Shown: in pieces, positions 1-10,501 of the stretch | Layout of the letters: every line of letters begins with the position of its first letter | Numbering within the stretch: position 1 is the first letter of the stretch | NCBI GenBank assembly: GCA_963678065.2 | Contig: CAXXVZ010000003.1 | Span: forward strand, 1,856,001 to 1,920,000 | DNA length: 64,000 bases | Source of the DNA: Treponemataceae bacterium | GTDB lineage: Bacteria > Spirochaetota > Spirochaetia > Treponematales > Rectinemataceae | Direction: 5' to 3' | Notes under the pieces: generated by a model | What the model saw: the letters and a program-made list of their open reading frames with translations, nothing else | What the model was told of the DNA's origin: nothing | The model's database searches: none | Position numbers and translations under genes: made by a program

Positions 1-138
1 TTCTCAGGCGCGTCGCCGAGGACGGAAAGATCGCGACCCAGCTCCTCGCGCGGCTGGCGGGACAGTAAAACCGATGGGACGGCAAAGCTGGCTGCCCAAT
101 GGAACAGTGCCAGCAAAGGCACAAAACAGTCAGCCCAT

Positions 139-176
139 GAAAAAAGCCGACGGGGACGATCCCCGCCGGCTTTTTC
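139..176. terminator. Bidirectional intrinsic terminator downstream of alaS
   Basis: AAAAAGCCG-ACGGGGA-CGA-TCCCCG-CCGGCTTTTT hairpin with A-tract and T-tract on either side. Confidence 0.75.
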
Positions 177-239
177 TCTTCATCGGGGCCCGTCACCGAC
201 TCCCGTTGTCGGACCCTGTTGCCGGGAAGAGCCCGGTCT

Positions 240-2063
240 TCAGCTCAGGATTCCGTAGATGCGCCTGACGCCGGCGCTCGACGACTGCTCTTTCTGGATG
301 CGGAAGCTGCCGAGGAGGCCTGTGCGCTCGATGTGCGGACCGCCGCAGACCTCCTTGGAGAAGTCGCCGATCGTGTAGACCTTCACGTTCTCCTCGTACT
401 TCTCGCCGAACAGCGCCGTGGCGCCCGAGGCCACCGCATCGTCGAGCTTCATCATAGCCATGGTGACGGGCAGATCCCGCTTGATCTGTTCGTTGACGAT
501 GGCCTCGACCCTCTCGATCTCTTCCTTCGTCATGGGCGCGGGGTGGGAGAAGTCGAAGCGCATGCGCTCGGAGGTGATGTTGGAGCCCTTCTGGTTGACA
601 TGCTCGCCGAGGACGTTCTTGAGGGCCCTGTGCAGGAGGTGGGTCGCCGTGTGGTACTTCGTGGAGATTTCGGAGTTATCCGCGAGGCCGCCCTTGAATA
701 TCTGCTCGCTGCCGGCCCGGGAGAGTTCCTGGTGTTTTTTGTAGGCCTCGTCGAATTCTCCGCGGTTGACGGCCAGGCCACTCTCGGCGGCGAGTTCCAG
801 AGTCAGCTCGATGGGGAAGCCGTAGGTGTCGTAGAGCTTGAAGGCGAGGCGGCCAGACATGGTTTTCATGGGGTTCTTGAGGAGGTTTGGCAGCATCTTG
901 GCAAACTCGTGCTCGCCGTTCTGCAGGGTCCCGAGGAATTTGGCCTCCTCGGCCGCGAGTTCTTCCATGATTCGCGCCCGATTCTCGACAAGCTCGGGAT
1001 AGGGAGCGGCGTAGTTGTCGATGACGAGGGCGGCGGGCTCGGAGAGGAAGGGCCGCTCGATGCCGAGCTTGCGGCCGTGGCGGATGGCGCGGCGGATGAT
1101 CCTGCGGAGCACGTAGCCCGCCCCCACGTTGGAGGGGGTCACCGCCTTGGGATCGCCCAGAATGAAGGTCGCGGTGCGGACGTGGTCGGCGATGATGCGG
1201 AAGGACTTGTCCACCTCGGGATCGTCGCCGTGGGCCTCACCTGCCGCGCTGTCCCCGGCCTTGTATTTTTTGCCCGTGATCGACTCGAGGAGGGCGAGGA
1301 CGGGCGTGAAGGCTTCGGTGTCGTAGACGGATTTCTTGCCCTGGAGCATGGCGACAGTGCGCTCGATGCCCATGCCCGTGTCGACGCAGGGAGCCGCGAG
1401 AGGGACGTATTTCCCCTCGGCCGACTTGTTGTACTGCATGAAGACGTCGTTCCAGACCTCGAAGTATTTGCCGCAGTGACAGCCGGGCTTGCAGTCGGGA
1501 CCGCAGGCTTCCTTCCCTGTGTCGACGAACATTTCCGAGTCCGGGCCGCAGGGGCCGGTTTCGCCGGCTGGGCCCCACCAGTTGTCCCCGCGCGGGAGAA
1601 AGTGGATGCGCTCGTCGGGGATGCCCTGCTTTTTCCAGATGCTCGCCGAGACATCGTCGCGGGGGATGCCCTCCTCGCCGGCGAAAACAGTCACCGAGAG
1701 CCTGTCCACGGGAATGCCGAGATATTCGGGCTTGGTGAGGAACTCGAAGGACCAGGCGATGGCCTCCTCCTTGAAGTAGTCGCCGAGCGACCAGTTGCCC
1801 AGCATCTCGAAGAAGGTGAGGTGGGAGGGATCGCCGACCGCCTCGATATCGCCTGTGCGGATGCACTTCTGGTAGTCGGTCAGGCGCTTGCCCGCGGGAT
1901 GCGGCTCGCCGAGGAGATAGGGAACGAGAGGGTGCATGCCCGCCGTCGTGAAGAGGACGGTCGGGTCGTTCTCGGGAATGAGGGATTTGCCGGAAATCTC
2001 GACGTGTCCCCTCGCCTTGAAAAATTCTATGTATTTCGTACGCAGTTCATGGATTGTAATCAT
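240..2063 (-). CDS. alaS: Alanine--tRNA ligase, short form lacking the C-Ala domain
   Basis: DPTVLFTTAGM, QKCIR, HLTFFEMLGNWS, DTGMGIER, IADHVR, editing motifs HTATHLLH and CGGPH. Confidence 0.97.
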   Translation of the reverse strand: MITIHELRTKYIEFFKARGHVEISGKSLIPENDPTVLFTTAGMHPLVPYLLGEPHPAGKRLTDYQKCIRTGDIEAVGDPSHLTFFEMLGNWSLGDYFKEEAIAWSFEFLTKPEYLGIPVDRLSVTVFAGEEGIPRDDVSASIWKKQGIPDERIHFLPRGDNWWGPAGETGPCGPDSEMFVDTGKEACGPDCKPGCHCGKYFEVWNDVFMQYNKSAEGKYVPLAAPCVDTGMGIERTVAMLQGKKSVYDTEAFTPVLALLESITGKKYKAGDSAAGEAHGDDPEVDKSFRIIADHVRTATFILGDPKAVTPSNVGAGYVLRRIIRRAIRHGRKLGIERPFLSEPAALVIDNYAAPYPELVENRARIMEELAAEEAKFLGTLQNGEHEFAKMLPNLLKNPMKTMSGRLAFKLYDTYGFPIELTLELAAESGLAVNRGEFDEAYKKHQELSRAGSEQIFKGGLADNSEISTKYHTATHLLHRALKNVLGEHVNQKGSNITSERMRFDFSHPAPMTKEEIERVEAIVNEQIKRDLPVTMAMMKLDDAVASGATALFGEKYEENVKVYTIGDFSKEVCGGPHIERTGLLGSFRIQKEQSSSAGVRRIYGILS

Positions 2064-2134
2064 GGCAGGCAGTGTAGAGCATGTCGCGGAAAAACGTCAA
2101 TTCGTGGATGCGGAAAGGACGATCCTGCAGTATA

Positions 2135-2162
2135 CTATAAACGAACGATCATTCATTTATAG
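2135..2162. promoter_or_regulatory. Palindromic TetR-type operator overlapping a TATACT -10 box upstream of the epimerase gene
   Basis: CTATAAAcgaacgatcattcaTTTATAG imperfect dyad; a TetR gene lies convergent immediately downstream of the regulated gene. Confidence 0.55.
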
Positions 2163-2185
2163 TATCGTGTCTCGGGAGGAAGTCC

Positions 2186-3349
2186 ATGAATGTCCTTGTA
2201 ACGGGAGCCCTCGGAAATGTGGGGACCAGCACAGTCCGCGCCCTGCTCGGGCGGGGCGACCGCGTGACAGTCTTCGAGGCCGACACCCGGAAGACGAGGC
2301 GGGCGGCGGAAAAGTTTGCCCGCTCGATCCGGCAGCGAGGCAGCGCGGGAAGCGGCTCCGCCCCGGAGGGACCAAGCGGGGGATGCCGCTTCGTTTTCGG
2401 CGATATACGGGACGAAAAGGCCCTGGTCCGGGCACTCTCGACCTCCTCCGATCTCGCGGATTTAGGCGGAATCGTCGGCGTCGACAGGGCCTTCGACGAT
2501 GTGGGTACCGCGGCAGGATGTGGCATGGTGGATGCTGTCTGCCACCTCGCCGCCGTCATTCCGCCCGCCGCGGACAAAGTTCCGGGTCTCGCCGATTCGG
2601 TCAACACAGGAGGAACCGCCGCCCTGATCGGCGCCTGTCGCGCGGCGGCCGACGCCGCTGGAGCTCCGGCGCCGAGGATAATCCTCGCCTCGAGCATCGC
2701 GGTGTACGGCGACAGACTCGGCTCGCCCATGATCCGGAGCGGCGACATCCCCGCCCCCGACGACGTCTACGGGCGGAGCAAGCTCGAGTGCGAGCGGATA
2801 CTGCGCTCCTCGGGCCTGCCCTGGACCATCTTCCGCCTCACCTACATCGTGTCTCCCGGCTGGATCGATCCCGACCCCATGCTCTTCGACATGCCAATCT
2901 CCACCAAGATCGAAATATGCCACACGGAGGACGCGGGAAGGGCATTCGCGGCCGCAGTCCACTGCCCGGAGACAGCCGGAAGAATCCTCGACATAGGCGG
3001 TGGAAGCTCATGCCGCACGGTATTCCGCTCCTATCTCGACAGAATGTTCAGGAGTTTCGGCCTGGGGAGCTCGGCCTTCCTTCCCGATGCGGCCTTCGCC
3101 AGAGGGAACTTCCACTGTGGCTGGTACGAGGACAGCGACGAGGTCGAAGCTATGCTCGGGTTCCGGACGAAGAACCTCGAGGACTACTATTCCGAGGTGC
3201 AGTGGAAGATGAGGAGACTCAGGTTTTTTGCCTCGCTCGTCGCACCGATCGTCCGGTGGCGGCTCCTCGCCCTGAGCCCTTACCTGTCTGCCAGGGGTTT
3301 TTCCCGACCGCCCGTACCGGCCTCCGCGAACGGCCTGCCCCGCCCTTAA
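2186..3349 (+). CDS. NAD-dependent epimerase/dehydratase (extended SDR)
   Basis: VLVTGALGNVG Rossmann motif, HLAA, SSIAVYG, YGRSK (YxxxK). Confidence 0.88.
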   Translation: MNVLVTGALGNVGTSTVRALLGRGDRVTVFEADTRKTRRAAEKFARSIRQRGSAGSGSAPEGPSGGCRFVFGDIRDEKALVRALSTSSDLADLGGIVGVDRAFDDVGTAAGCGMVDAVCHLAAVIPPAADKVPGLADSVNTGGTAALIGACRAAADAAGAPAPRIILASSIAVYGDRLGSPMIRSGDIPAPDDVYGRSKLECERILRSSGLPWTIFRLTYIVSPGWIDPDPMLFDMPISTKIEICHTEDAGRAFAAAVHCPETAGRILDIGGGSSCRTVFRSYLDRMFRSFGLGSSAFLPDAAFARGNFHCGWYEDSDEVEAMLGFRTKNLEDYYSEVQWKMRRLRFFASLVAPIVRWRLLALSPYLSARGFSRPPVPASANGLPRP

Positions 3350-3391
3350 GTCCGGGATGGTCAGCCGGAGGCTTCGGTTCGCGCGAAAGCT

Positions 3392-3964
3392 CTAGGGAAG
3401 GCTGAGGCCGAAGGCGCGCTCACTCGCCGCGACGATGAACTCCGTCACCTCCGCCTGCCCGATTCCGATGCCGGAGCGGCTTCCCAGGCTGACGACATCG
3501 AGACTTCCGAGCAGGATGACGGCGAGGGCCGTGCGTATGAAGGAGAGAGGCATATCGCGCGCCAAGTCCCCGAGGCCCCCGCCCACAAGATCCGCGAGCC
3601 TGTCCAGCTTGGCGCCGAGGGCGCCGGCCCCCGCCCCTTCCTTCAGCAGGATGGCGATGAGGTCGACATCGCCGTAGAGGGTGGGCAGGGCCTGCCGGAC
3701 GAGGAAACCGAGCCTGGTCCCGGGGTCATGGCAGGCCGAAAGGCCCGCTTCGAGATAGGATGAAAACTCCTCCCATCCCTCCTCGATGACGGCGACGAGG
3801 ATGTCGTCTTTGCCACGGAAGTAGGTGTAGACGCTGCCGACGGGAATTCCGGCCTCGGCCGCGAGGGCCGCCACGCTGGAAGCGGCGAAGCCATGCAGGG
3901 CGAAGAGCCTTTTCGCGGCCGAAAGGATTGCCCTTCTCCGCGATTCATCGGGGACGCGGGACAA
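3392..3964 (-). CDS. TetR/AcrR family regulator
   Basis: N-terminal HTH AILSAAKRLFALHGF...GSVYTYFRGKDDIL. Confidence 0.9.
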   Translation of the reverse strand: MSRVPDESRRRAILSAAKRLFALHGFAASSVAALAAEAGIPVGSVYTYFRGKDDILVAVIEEGWEEFSSYLEAGLSACHDPGTRLGFLVRQALPTLYGDVDLIAILLKEGAGAGALGAKLDRLADLVGGGLGDLARDMPLSFIRTALAVILLGSLDVVSLGSRSGIGIGQAEVTEFIVAASERAFGLSLP

Positions 3965-3967
3965 GGA

Positions 3968-4468
3968 TCACCCGCCCGTATATTCGAAGACGCCGAGAGT
4001 GCGGTTCTTCTCGACCCTGTCCCAGGGGAAAAACCTGCCGTTCATGGCGATGTAGACCCCTTCGGGCAGGAGCTGGACCGCCGCCACCGCCGTGCCGAAA
4101 TTGAAGAGCGCGTCCGAACCCTGGATCTTGAAGGGGACCATGGCTCCCGTGAGGACGATAGTCTTGCCGAGCCCGGCCGCGCCGAGAAGGGCCGCGGTCT
4201 TGGCCATGGTATCGGTGCCGTGCGTGATGACGATGCGCGTCTCGGCGGCGGAGCTGCAGGCCTCGAGGACGGAGCGCCTGTTGTCGTCCTGCATCTGGAG
4301 GCTGTCGATGAGCTGGTTTGTCTCCACGCGGATCGGAAGGGTCACGCGGACCTGTTTCAGAATCTCGGGCAGGTGCGACTCCTTGAAGGTGAGTTCGCCA
4401 CGGATCTCGTCGTAATGCTTGTCGAAGGTGCCGCCGGTAACGATGACCAGGATGGATTCGGTTGTCAT
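3968..4468 (-). CDS. Short asparaginase-domain protein
   Basis: VTGGTFDK, IDSL, THGTDTM, LTGAM motifs; start taken at MTTESIL. Confidence 0.85.
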   Translation of the reverse strand: MTTESILVIVTGGTFDKHYDEIRGELTFKESHLPEILKQVRVTLPIRVETNQLIDSLQMQDDNRRSVLEACSSAAETRIVITHGTDTMAKTAALLGAAGLGKTIVLTGAMVPFKIQGSDALFNFGTAVAAVQLLPEGVYIAMNGRFFPWDRVEKNRTLGVFEYTGG

Positions 4469-4585
4469 GGAAGGATTATGTATCGGTTTCCGGAAAAACA
4501 GCAAGTAAAAACGCCTTCTTACTCCTTCCGCCCGCGCCCTTCAGCCTCCTTTTTCCTCTGCCGCGCAAGGGACTTTGAGGAGGAC

Positions 4586-4613
4586 TTGACGTGGCCCCGA
4601 TAACCCGTACAAT
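4586..4613 (+). promoter_or_regulatory. Sigma70-type promoter for the SLT gene
   Basis: TTGACG-16 bp-TACAAT. Confidence 0.55.
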
Positions 4614-4668
4614 GATAAAGTGTGAGACGTCATAATTTTTAATTCACTTCAGGGAGTGAGTATATCGA

Positions 4669-5382
4669 ATGAATGGATGGAAACGACGATTCCGTGCGTG
4701 GCCGGTTTTTTTGATATGTATCATTCTTTCAATGACTTCTTGTGGAATGACCCGCCCCGAACCCCAAGCATCGAATGAAGAGACCATAAAACTTTCCTTA
4801 CTTTCCCCGGACAAATACCACAGCTACCTCATGACAAAAACCAAGGACGATGTAATATCAGAGTTATATTCCGACAAGAAAAGCGCCGAGAATGTCAAGG
4901 GGTTTTTCACGGACCTGACACGATCGGAGAAAGTCGCGACCGCTATCCTGGACAACTCGGTGAAGAATGCCGTTCCCGTCGACCTCGCCTTCGCGCTCGC
5001 CTTCGAAGAGAGCATGTTCCGCACGGATGCCGTGCACAGGAACGCGGGCTCGGTTGACAGAGGACTCTTCCAGCTCAATTCGAAATCCTTCCCCGCTCTC
5101 ACCGAGGCCCAGGCCTTCGACCCGCAAAGGAACGCGGAGACTGCCCTCGGCTACTTCGGATCCTGTCTCGAGAAGGGGAAGAATGAGGTCGCGGCCCTCG
5201 CGATGTACAATGCGGGGCACAACAGGGTCTCGGGGCCAGGGACACCCAGAACGACACTGGATTACATAGCGAGGATACAGAACTATCGGCAGAATCTCGC
5301 CGATCTTTTCGCCGCGAGGGTCACGGCCAGGAACGGGCTGCGTGGTTCGGTGAACCTGAGTCTCGCCTCCACCGTCTACTGA
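4669..5382 (+). CDS. Lytic transglycosylase (SLT domain) lipoprotein
   Basis: EES catalytic motif, GLFQLN, AMYNAG; signal peptide ending in MTSC. Confidence 0.85.
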   Translation: MNGWKRRFRAWPVFLICIILSMTSCGMTRPEPQASNEETIKLSLLSPDKYHSYLMTKTKDDVISELYSDKKSAENVKGFFTDLTRSEKVATAILDNSVKNAVPVDLAFALAFEESMFRTDAVHRNAGSVDRGLFQLNSKSFPALTEAQAFDPQRNAETALGYFGSCLEKGKNEVAALAMYNAGHNRVSGPGTPRTTLDYIARIQNYRQNLADLFAARVTARNGLRGSVNLSLASTVY

Positions 5383-6074
5383 ATCGCCTGCTTGGGCTTC
5401 GTCGGCCTGCCTGCGGCGGAGGCTCCCGCGGCGGAGGCGGTGCCCGCGACGATGCCTCCGGCAGCGCCTTTGGCGGCATCGGGGGCGGCGAACCGCCCGA
5501 CGATGAAGGCCACGACGGATTCCAGGCTCCGGGCATCGTTCTTGCCCAGCACCGAAATGCGGAATATGGCGGCCTCTATGAGGGCATAGATCATCTCGGC
5601 CGCAGGTTTCACGGGAAAACGATCGAATTCTCCCGAGTTCTGTCCCTCGATGATGAGGCCCGAGAGAATGTGCCGCAGGCGTATCGTCCGCCTCCGCACT
5701 CTCTCCTCCGCGTCTCCGCCGGAAGCCCGGATGTGCCGGAGATAATCGGTGACTACGCCGAGCAGCTTCGACTCGCGCGAGCAGACCTCGACAGCCATGG
5801 CAGTGATGGCGATGAGCTTCTCCGACTGAGTTTTCCCCGGGTCCACGCCGATGGTCTTGATCTCCGTTTCAAGCTTTTCGGTGAAGAGCTTGATGCTGAA
5901 GGCGAATATCTCTTTCTTGTTCTTGAAATACAGGTAGAGGATCGTCCGGGTGATGCCGCAGCGTTCGGCGATCTTCTGGAACGTTGTGTCCTCGTAGCCT
6001 TCGTTCACGAACACGTCGAGAGCTTTTTCCAGTATTTCCGTTTTGCGCTTATCGTGCGCCACCGCGACTGACAC
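5376..6074 (-). CDS. TetR/AcrR family regulator
   Basis: ILEKALDVFVNEGYEDTTFQKIAERCGITRTILYLYFKNK HTH. Confidence 0.9.
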   Translation of the reverse strand: MSVAVAHDKRKTEILEKALDVFVNEGYEDTTFQKIAERCGITRTILYLYFKNKKEIFAFSIKLFTEKLETEIKTIGVDPGKTQSEKLIAITAMAVEVCSRESKLLGVVTDYLRHIRASGGDAEERVRRRTIRLRHILSGLIIEGQNSGEFDRFPVKPAAEMIYALIEAAIFRISVLGKNDARSLESVVAFIVGRFAAPDAAKGAAGGIVAGTASAAGASAAGRPTKPKQAIQ

Positions 6075-6207
6075 TTTTACCCCCCATGTCTTTATGTAAG
6101 TATATCAGAGATCAATTCACGGCGGAAGCATGAATTCATCGCGGGTCTTGTCCGCTTCGCGGCCTGGGGGTATAGTTCGACCACACGACAGGCGGCAAGG
6201 AGTGTCC

Positions 6208-9200
6208 ATGGAAATGATCAAGGGAATGGTCGTTCGTCTGACCGCGCTCGAAGGCGACGGGCCCCTCGAGCCCCGCCCCGGCGACAGGATTATGGAATTC
6301 CATGTGCGCAAGACGATCAGGGAAGACTTGTCCATGGATCGGGCGCTGTTCAGGACGACGGGCAACGTCATCCTGCCCGACTTCCTCGCCTCCCGGACGA
6401 TGGCGGAGAGGATCAACCGCACGCCTTCCGTCAGCGCTCTCGCGAAGACCCCGGTCAGCGCGGGGCGGCTCAACGCGATGGCCCTGATCGACGAAGTCCT
6501 GCACGACATCGCGCGGATCTACCGCGAACAGGTCGCGCCCGAGGCATTCTCCGCCGCCCTCGACGAGATCGGCACCATCTTCGGGGGAAGTCGGCTCGAA
6601 GCCCTCCTTGTCGCCTTCACCCAGGCTTTCCCTCCGCTCGCCGTACAGGCTGGCTCCATGACCGCCTCGAGCTGGCTCGCCGGCTCCACGGCCGCGGGTA
6701 TCTCCAACAGGGAGCTCGCCCTCGAGGAACTCATCCTCATGCATCTGGCCAACGAGAACCCGGCCTTCTCTCCTTTCCGTTTCCTGTTTGACAACGGCGC
6801 CGTGAACGATGCCGCATCGGGCCCTGCTGTCCGGAGCCGGAAGTCCGGCCCCGGCTCTCTCGCCGCGGACCCGGCCTATTTCATGGCCTTCGATGCCCTG
6901 GAAAAAACCTTCGCCCACATGCCGCCTTTCGGCCCCGAAGGGCAGGACCTCCTCAGCCTGCTGCGCGCGCCCGCCGCGGCCAGCCCCGACTCGCTCACGG
7001 GCCAGCTCGAGTTCATGAGGAAAAAGTGGGGTTTCGTCGCCGAGTTCCGCAGTCTCCGCCTTCTCGGCGCCCTCGACCTCATGGCCGAAGAGGAAAAGCC
7101 GCGATTTCCCCCCGGCCCCGGACCGACCAAGGCCTACGAGTACCGCAGCGCCGAACCGGAATACGAACGCTACTCGTCCGATCTCCAGTGGATGCCCAAT
7201 GTCGTCATGCTCGCGAAGAGCACTCTCGTCTGGCTCCACCAGCTCTCGGTCAGCTACGGCAGACCCATCACGCGGCTCGACCAGATCCCCGACGAAGAGC
7301 TCGATGTCATCTCGTCGCGAGGGTTCACGGTCCTCTGGCTCATCGGGCTCTGGGAGCGGAGCGCCGCGAGCGAGCAGATCAAGAAGTATTGCGGTAATCC
7401 CGAGGCGGCGGCCTCGGCCTACTCCCTCTTCGACTACGAGATCGCGCAGGAGATCGGTGGCTGGGAAGCCCTCGGCAACCTTAAGGAGCGCTGTCAGGTC
7501 CGGGGCATCAGACTCGGCGCCGACATGGTGCCGAACCACACCGGCCTCGACTCGGCCTGGATCAGGGAGAGGCCCGAACTCTTCATAAGCTCGCGGATCT
7601 GCCCCTATCCGGGCTACACGTGGAACGGCCCTGACCTCTCGCGGGATCCGCGCATCGGGCTCTGGCTCGAGGACCACTACTACGACCGCTCGGACGCCGC
7701 AGTCGTTTTCAAGCGCCTGGACAGATGGACGGGCAGGGTCGACTACATCTACCACGGCAACGACGGCACGGGCATGGCATGGAACGACACGGCCCAGATC
7801 GACTTCCTGAACCCGGCCGCGCGCGAGGCGGTCAAGGAGCGCATCCTCCACGTGGCGAGGAGCTTCCCGGTCATCCGCTTCGACGCGGCCATGGTCCTCG
7901 CGAAGCGTCACATAAAGCGGCTCTGGTACCCGGAGCCGGGACGCGGCGGCGACGTGCCATCGCGCTCGGAGCACGCCATGTCCGCCGAGGCCTTCGATGC
8001 GGCCATTCCGGAAGAATTCTGGCGCGAGGTCGTCGACATGTGCGCGAAGGAGGCGCCCGACACCCTCCTTCTCGCGGAGGCCTTCTGGATGATGGAAGGC
8101 TACTTCGTGAGGACCCTCGGCATGCACCGCGTCTACAACTCGGCCTTCATGAACATGCTGAAGCGCGAGGAAAACGCGAAATACCGCGAGACGATCCGGA
8201 ACACCCAGGAGTTCGACCGCGAGATACTCAAGCGCTTCGTCAACTTCATGAACAACCCCGACGAGGAGCCCGCGATCGCCCAGTTCGGTTCGGGCGACAA
8301 GTACTTCGGTGTCTGCACGCTCATGGCTACCATGCCGGGACTGCCCATGTTCGGGCACGGGCAGGTCGAGGGTTTCTCCGAGAAGTACGGCATGGAGTAC
8401 CGCCGGTCCTACCGGGACGAGAAGCCGGACCAGGCCTTGGTCGGGCGGCACGCCCGCGAAATATTCCCCCTGCTCAAGCGGCGCGGCCTCTACGCCGGCG
8501 TCGACAACTTCCTTCTCTTCGACTTCCGCGACTCAGGCGGCGTCAACGAGAACGTCTTTGCCTACACGAACGGGACGGGGACTGACATACCGCGGCGCGG
8601 CGTGGAGGAGTCCTTCCGGCATCCGGCCGGAAAGCTCGACGGACCCGGGGCTCACGGGCACCGGAGCCTCGTCGTCTACAACAACGCCTACGCCAGGGCT
8701 TCCGGCTCGATCCGTCAGTCCTGTCCCTTCGTCGTCAAGCTCGATTCCGGCGAGAAGCGACTCGATACCGCCACGCTCGCGGAAGGCCTCGGCGTCGCCG
8801 GCGCGCCGGAAAGCTTCCTCGCGATGCGGGAGCTCCGGAGCGGACTCTGGTACCTCTTCAGCTGCCGCGACATCATCGCACAAGGCCTCGACTTCGATCT
8901 TGACGGATACGCCTGCAAGGTCTTCCTCGACCTCCACATCATCGACGACAACGAGAAGGGCATCTGCGCCTCCGTCTACGGCGCGCTGGGCAAAGGCGGC
9001 ATCCCGAAGCTCTCCGCGGCCTTCGCCGACGCGAAGAGGCCTTTCCTGTACTCCGCATTCGCCGCGGTCGTCCACGCGGGAGCCGGAGCCTGCGCGGCGG
9101 GACAGATCGACAATGCGCAGGAAATCGCGGATCTCCGGGAAAAGGCGCGGATCTTCTACGCCGAGTTCCTCGAATTCCTGCGGCGCGAGGCCTCGGAGCT

Positions 9201-9948
9201 TCCCGGCGGCCAGGCCGTAGCGGAAGACGCGTCCGCCGATGCCTGCGCCAAAGCGGTCGCCGCGCTGGAAGCGGGACTGGGCTTTCTCCGGACACAGGCG
9301 GCCGCCGGACAGGGGCCGGCAGTCGCGGCGGTCTCCAGAAAGACGGGGGCCTCTGTCGTCTGGAGCGTTCTGCAGGCGGCAAGGTTCCTTCTCGACGGCG
9401 AGCTCGCGAAGAACGCGTTCGCGCAGATCCTCGGCCACTTCGATTTCGGAAGGAAGGCGCAAGAAGTGCTCGACTTGATCTACTCTGAACAGGGAGAGGG
9501 AGGGCCGAAGCTCGACGCCCTCGCCTGGTGCATGAGCTATGCGCGCAGGCCGGGTCCGCGCGCGGAAAAAGCTGAGCCGGAGACGGGTGACCCGGCCCTT
9601 TCCCGGGCCCTCGAGCTTGCTGTCTGGGCCGAAGGGGACGAGTCCGCCGCCCGCTGCCTCGGGGTGAATGCCTGGGAAGGCGTGGAGTACTTCTCCAAGG
9701 AGCTCTTCGAAGAGGCGGTCGGCTACAGCATACTCCTCTCGGGGATAGAGGATGCGGTCCGGGAAACAGGGCCCGGAGCTCCTCTTTCTGGCTCCGCCGG
9801 CGACACAGCCAGTTCAGGGGCAGGAAAAGACGTTTTCGCGAAGGCCGTGGCGGAAATCCTCCTCGAAGCGGAGGCGGCGAGCGGCTTCAGAACTTCCCGT
9901 CTCCTCCTCGTGCTCGAGACGATGGCCGCGGGAAAGGGGATCGCCTGA
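6208..9948 (+). CDS. Large GH13 alpha-amylase family protein
   Basis: LWLIGLW, DMVPNH, IRFDAAM, LAEAFW, FMNNPDE GH13 regions; start codon uncertain. Confidence 0.85.
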   Translation: MEMIKGMVVRLTALEGDGPLEPRPGDRIMEFHVRKTIREDLSMDRALFRTTGNVILPDFLASRTMAERINRTPSVSALAKTPVSAGRLNAMALIDEVLHDIARIYREQVAPEAFSAALDEIGTIFGGSRLEALLVAFTQAFPPLAVQAGSMTASSWLAGSTAAGISNRELALEELILMHLANENPAFSPFRFLFDNGAVNDAASGPAVRSRKSGPGSLAADPAYFMAFDALEKTFAHMPPFGPEGQDLLSLLRAPAAASPDSLTGQLEFMRKKWGFVAEFRSLRLLGALDLMAEEEKPRFPPGPGPTKAYEYRSAEPEYERYSSDLQWMPNVVMLAKSTLVWLHQLSVSYGRPITRLDQIPDEELDVISSRGFTVLWLIGLWERSAASEQIKKYCGNPEAAASAYSLFDYEIAQEIGGWEALGNLKERCQVRGIRLGADMVPNHTGLDSAWIRERPELFISSRICPYPGYTWNGPDLSRDPRIGLWLEDHYYDRSDAAVVFKRLDRWTGRVDYIYHGNDGTGMAWNDTAQIDFLNPAAREAVKERILHVARSFPVIRFDAAMVLAKRHIKRLWYPEPGRGGDVPSRSEHAMSAEAFDAAIPEEFWREVVDMCAKEAPDTLLLAEAFWMMEGYFVRTLGMHRVYNSAFMNMLKREENAKYRETIRNTQEFDREILKRFVNFMNNPDEEPAIAQFGSGDKYFGVCTLMATMPGLPMFGHGQVEGFSEKYGMEYRRSYRDEKPDQALVGRHAREIFPLLKRRGLYAGVDNFLLFDFRDSGGVNENVFAYTNGTGTDIPRRGVEESFRHPAGKLDGPGAHGHRSLVVYNNAYARASGSIRQSCPFVVKLDSGEKRLDTATLAEGLGVAGAPESFLAMRELRSGLWYLFSCRDIIAQGLDFDLDGYACKVFLDLHIIDDNEKGICASVYGALGKGGIPKLSAAFADAKRPFLYSAFAAVVHAGAGACAAGQIDNAQEIADLREKARIFYAEFLEFLRREASELPGGQAVAEDASADACAKAVAALEAGLGFLRTQAAAGQGPAVAAVSRKTGASVVWSVLQAARFLLDGELAKNAFAQILGHFDFGRKAQEVLDLIYSEQGEGGPKLDALAWCMSYARRPGPRAEKAEPETGDPALSRALELAVWAEGDESAARCLGVNAWEGVEYFSKELFEEAVGYSILLSGIEDAVRETGPGAPLSGSAGDTASSGAGKDVFAKAVAEILLEAEAASGFRTSRLLLVLETMAAGKGIA

Positions 9949-10496
9949 TGAGCCACAGACCATTCGACATACGTACCTGGAACGACAATCCCTGGTCTAC
10001 GGTGGCGGAGCGCTGGATGCTCATAACCGCGGGAAACGCCGCTTCGTGGAACACGATGACCGCGTCGTGGGGTGGCTTCGGTCACCTCTGGAACAAGGAC
10101 GTCGCCTTCATTTTCATGCGGCCGACCCGCTACACGTTCGGATTCATGGAGGCTTCTGCCTCGTTCAGTCTCTGTTTTTTCGGCGAGGAGCAGCGCGAAG
10201 CCCTTGAGATCTGCGGCAGAGTTTCGGGACGCGACAGCGACAAGGCCGCCCTGACGGGGCTCGAGCCGACGACCTTCGCCTACCCGCCTTCAGCCCCGCT
10301 TCCGGGCAAGGCCGCCGGAGAAGACTGCGTCGTCGGCTTTGCCCAGGCGAAGATAGTCCTCGCCTGCCGGAAACTGCACGCACAGGATCTCGACCCCGCC
10401 TGCTTCGTCGATCCAGCGATCGCGAACCATTACAAGGCCATGGATTGGCATCGGTTCTACGTGGCCTCCATCGAAGCCGCGTGGAAACAAGACTGA
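9948..10496 (+). CDS. Flavin reductase-like protein
   Basis: WMLITAG...NTMTASWGG, RPTRYT, CGRVSGRD, WHRFY. Confidence 0.85.
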   Translation: MSHRPFDIRTWNDNPWSTVAERWMLITAGNAASWNTMTASWGGFGHLWNKDVAFIFMRPTRYTFGFMEASASFSLCFFGEEQREALEICGRVSGRDSDKAALTGLEPTTFAYPPSAPLPGKAAGEDCVVGFAQAKIVLACRKLHAQDLDPACFVDPAIANHYKAMDWHRFYVASIEAAWKQD

Positions 10497-10501
10497 AGGT
10501 C

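Noticed and set aside
219..2162. Long antisense ORFs (also 6136-8451, 20130-22238, 24019-25305, 30385-31656, 31490-32890)
   Set aside because: They shadow well-supported genes on the opposite strand, as expected in high-GC DNA, and carry no recognisable motifs.
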